Assembly (NCBI GenBank): GCA_905233245.1
Contig: CAJODK010000002.1
Coordinates: forward strand, 50-64,049
Source of the DNA: an uncultured Prevotella sp.
GTDB taxonomy: Bacteria > Bacteroidota > Bacteroidia > Bacteroidales > Bacteroidaceae
Length of the DNA: 64,000 bases
Direction: 5' to 3'
In this document: in pieces, positions 61,570 to 64,000 of the stretch
Position numbering within the stretch: position 1 is the stretch's first letter
Layout: each line of letters begins with the position of its first letter
Made by a program: the position numbers and the translations under genes
Notes under the pieces: model-generated
What the model was told of the DNA's origin: nothing
Database searches by the model: none
Seen by the model: only the letters and a program-made list of their open reading frames with translations

Positions 61570-62133
61570 TCATAGAAAAAGCCAGTTCTGTATCATTCTC
61601 TTACCATCGGGCGTCAGCACGCTCTCTGGGTGAAACTGTATGCCCCTCACGTTGAGGTCCCTGTGGCGCATCGCCATTATCTGTCCCTCGTCGCTCTCGG
61701 CTATCACCTCCAGGCAGTCGGGCAGTCCCTCGCGTGACACCACCCACGAGTGGTAGCGCCCTACGGTGATGTCCTTTTCCACACGGCTGAATATGGGGTC
61801 TTCCTTTACTATGTGGCAAGGGCTCTCCACGCCGTGGAATACCTCAGAGAGGTTCTCCAGTCGTGCACCAAACACCTCACCTATGGCCTGATGTCCCAGA
61901 CAGACGCCCAGTATGGGTTTTCTGCCTGCATAGGTGCGTATGACGTCCATCAGCAGTCCCGCCTCAGAGGGGATGCCGGGACCTGGCGAGAGGAGTATCT
62001 TGCTGTAGGGCTTCAGGTCGGCGAGCTCAAACTGGTCGTTGCGCACCACATCGACCTCTGCACCCAGTTCCTTCACCAGATGACTCAGATTGTATGTAAA
62101 CGAGTCGTAATTGTCTATAATAACTATCTTCAT
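61570..62133 (-). CDS. trpG: Anthranilate synthase component II
   Basis: IDNYDSF, SPGPG, GVCLGHQ, RYHS, QFHPES. Confidence 0.96.
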   Translation of the reverse strand: MKIVIIDNYDSFTYNLSHLVKELGAEVDVVRNDQFELADLKPYSKILLSPGPGIPSEAGLLMDVIRTYAGRKPILGVCLGHQAIGEVFGARLENLSEVFHGVESPCHIVKEDPIFSRVEKDITVGRYHSWVVSREGLPDCLEVIAESDEGQIMAMRHRDLNVRGIQFHPESVLTPDGKRMIQNWLFL

Positions 62134-63512
62134 AACTTTTCCGCTTTTTCGATGGCCTTACGCAGGGCACCCAGTTTATTATTCACTTCCTGTAATTCGT
62201 ATTCCACGTCGCTCTTGGCTACTATGCCGCCGCCAGCCTGAAACCACAGTTCGCCGTTTCTTGATACAAAGGTGCGGATGGTGATGGCCTGGTTCAGCGC
62301 TCCGTCGAGTCCTATGATGCCGATGCATCCTCCGTAGGCACCGCGATTGTGAGGTTCGTACTCCGAGATGAGTTGCATGGCGCGCACCTTTGGCGCTCCT
62401 GACAGCGTACCGGCAGGGAATGTGTCGATAAACGCCTTGACGGGATCAGCACCCTTGTCCAGTTCGCCCGACACCCTCGATACCAGGTGTATCACGTGCG
62501 AGTAGTACTGCAGGTCCTTGTAGAAGTCCACCTTCACCCCGTGGCAGTTGCGGCTCAGGTCATTGCGCGCCAGGTCCACCAGCATCACGTGCTCGGCATT
62601 CTCCTTAGGGTCGTTTCTGAGATACTCCGCACCCCTGCGGTCAGCCTCAGCATCCCCCGTACGCTTCGTCGTGCCTGCTATAGGATCAATATATGCCTTC
62701 CCGCCCTCTATGCGGCAATGCGTCTCGGGTGAAGAACCAAAGATACGGAAACCTCCGAAGTCGAAATAGAAGAGGTATGGCGAAGGATTGATGCTGCGCA
62801 GCGCACGGTAGAGTTTGAAGTCATCACCCTCATACTTCTGTACGAAGCGTCGCGAGAGCACTATCTGGAATACGTCGCCACGCAGGCAGTGCTGTATGCC
62901 TCTGCGTATATTCTCCCTGTGCTCATCGTCAGTCAGCGTACTCCTCACGTCCCCCACCGGGTGGAAGTCGTAAGCCTGCACGTTGCCCTTGTTCATCGCC
63001 TTCAGCACATCATCCACGTCACCGTCCAGACTCACTATTTTCAGCAAACTATTATGATGGTCAAAGACTATCACCACCTTATATAGTATATAGAGCATGT
63101 CAGGAGCATCATTCTTCTCCTGCGTCTCGTCCTTCACCTGGATACCCTCGAAGTACCTCACGGCATTGAAGGAAGTGTAGCCGAAGAGACCGCAGACGCC
63201 CTTCTCCTCGCCCTCCACCTCTATGCTGTCGATGAGCGCGTGGATAGCCTTGTCACAACCATACTCCCCACTGACCTCGTGCTCTGTCACCCTGCCGTCA
63301 GGGAACGTCACGGTAGCCTTACCGTGGCCTATAGCCACACTGGCGATGGGATTCACTCCGATAAACGAACGCGAATTGTCCGCCTCATGATAGTCCGAAC
63401 ACTCCATCAGCGCACTCTGCGGATAGAGGTCCCTCAGTTTCATATAGACACCCACCGGCGTGTATGTATCCGCCAGTATTGTCTTCACCTGTGTTTTATA
63501 CTTATACATCAT
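62130..63512 (-). CDS. trpE: Anthranilate synthase component I
   Basis: NPSPY, GSSPE, PIAGT, EHVMLVDLARND, FPAGTLSGAPK. Confidence 0.96.
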   Translation of the reverse strand: MMYKYKTQVKTILADTYTPVGVYMKLRDLYPQSALMECSDYHEADNSRSFIGVNPIASVAIGHGKATVTFPDGRVTEHEVSGEYGCDKAIHALIDSIEVEGEEKGVCGLFGYTSFNAVRYFEGIQVKDETQEKNDAPDMLYILYKVVIVFDHHNSLLKIVSLDGDVDDVLKAMNKGNVQAYDFHPVGDVRSTLTDDEHRENIRRGIQHCLRGDVFQIVLSRRFVQKYEGDDFKLYRALRSINPSPYLFYFDFGGFRIFGSSPETHCRIEGGKAYIDPIAGTTKRTGDAEADRRGAEYLRNDPKENAEHVMLVDLARNDLSRNCHGVKVDFYKDLQYYSHVIHLVSRVSGELDKGADPVKAFIDTFPAGTLSGAPKVRAMQLISEYEPHNRGAYGGCIGIIGLDGALNQAITIRTFVSRNGELWFQAGGGIVAKSDVEYELQEVNNKLGALRKAIEKAEKL

Positions 63513-63535
63513 AATTCTCTTTTTAACCTTTGACC

Positions 63536-64000
63536 TTAGACCTTAGACCTTAAATACGTCTCAATATCCTTATCCCCACGTCCGCTGACCGTCAGCACCA
63601 CCACGTCGTCGGGCTTGAATGACAGTTTCTCCAGTGCAGCGATGGCGTGGGCACTCTCTATGGCAGGTATGATACCCTCCATGCGCGTCAGTTCGTATCC
63701 GCCCCTGATAGCCTCGTCGTCGTTGATGCTCAGCACCTCCGTGCGACCCTGCTTCGCCATGTTGCAGTGCATAGGTCCCACACCGGGGTAGTCCAGACCC
63801 GCAGAGATGGTGAACGCCTCCTGTATCTGTCCGTCCTCATCCTGCATCACCAGCATCTTCGCTCCGTGCAGTATGCCCGTCGTGCCACGATGTATCGTCG
63901 CCGCCGTGCGGTCGGTCATATAGCCCTGTCCGCCAGCCTCTGCCAGCACTATCTTTACCCTCTCGTCGTCCATATAGTGGTATATCGTGCCCGCAGCATT
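63536..64000 (-). CDS. trpB: Tryptophan synthase beta chain, 3' part (5' end outside the window)
   Basis: ISAGLDYPGVGP, EGIIPAIESAHA, SGRGDKD. Confidence 0.95.
   Translation of the reverse strand, partial: NAAGTIYHYMDDERVKIVLAEAGGQGYMTDRTAATIHRGTTGILHGAKMLVMQDEDGQIQEAFTISAGLDYPGVGPMHCNMAKQGRTEVLSINDDEAIRGGYELTRMEGIIPAIESAHAIAALEKLSFKPDDVVVLTVSGRGDKDIETYLRSKV

Noticed and set aside
1-64000. Apparent switches between G-rich and C-rich blocks as a replication origin or terminus
   Set aside because: The pattern is patchy by eye and cannot be supported without computing cumulative skew; no dif or DnaA-box cluster was recognised.

Overview
Bacteroidales (Prevotella-like) core chromosome segment. 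The assignment rests on TAnnTTTG -7 promoters, gene content and the lack of obvious SD motifs. It opens with the promoter/boxA leader of a probable rRNA operon running off the left edge (- strand). Genes in order: ispD-recG; hflX-DUF4954-M16 peptidase-LytTR regulator; thioesterase and acyl-CoA ligase; class I fumarase-Ca/Na antiporter-malQ; plsC-like/pyrC/lipoprotein (-); purU; an RND-TolC-lpxA-like operon; rplS; a methylmalonyl-CoA (succinate to propionate) cluster; glycogen-synthase-like/DUF4270/small ORF/thrS; relA; addA/addB-like; rarA-lptD-THUMP-like methyltransferase; and the trp operon (trpB cut by the right edge). I found no IS, prophage, CRISPR or tRNA. The unusual signal is a set of about 30 short repeat elements laid over housekeeping genes. 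(i) A 61-bp twin-hairpin cassette inside (TCTCACC)n sits in-frame in three unrelated genes and shows compensatory stem changes. (ii) C/G-rich REP-like palindromes occur seven times, all inside CDSs. (iii) 6-, 7-, 8-, 9- and 12-mer tandem tracts are translated as protein loops. (iv) Heptamers that begin with a stop codon on one strand lie in the open orientation inside genes and the stop orientation at gene ends. (v) (ACTTTCA)4 is phased exactly 11 nt upstream of the -7 box at five promoters. The mechanism is not visible in this window.
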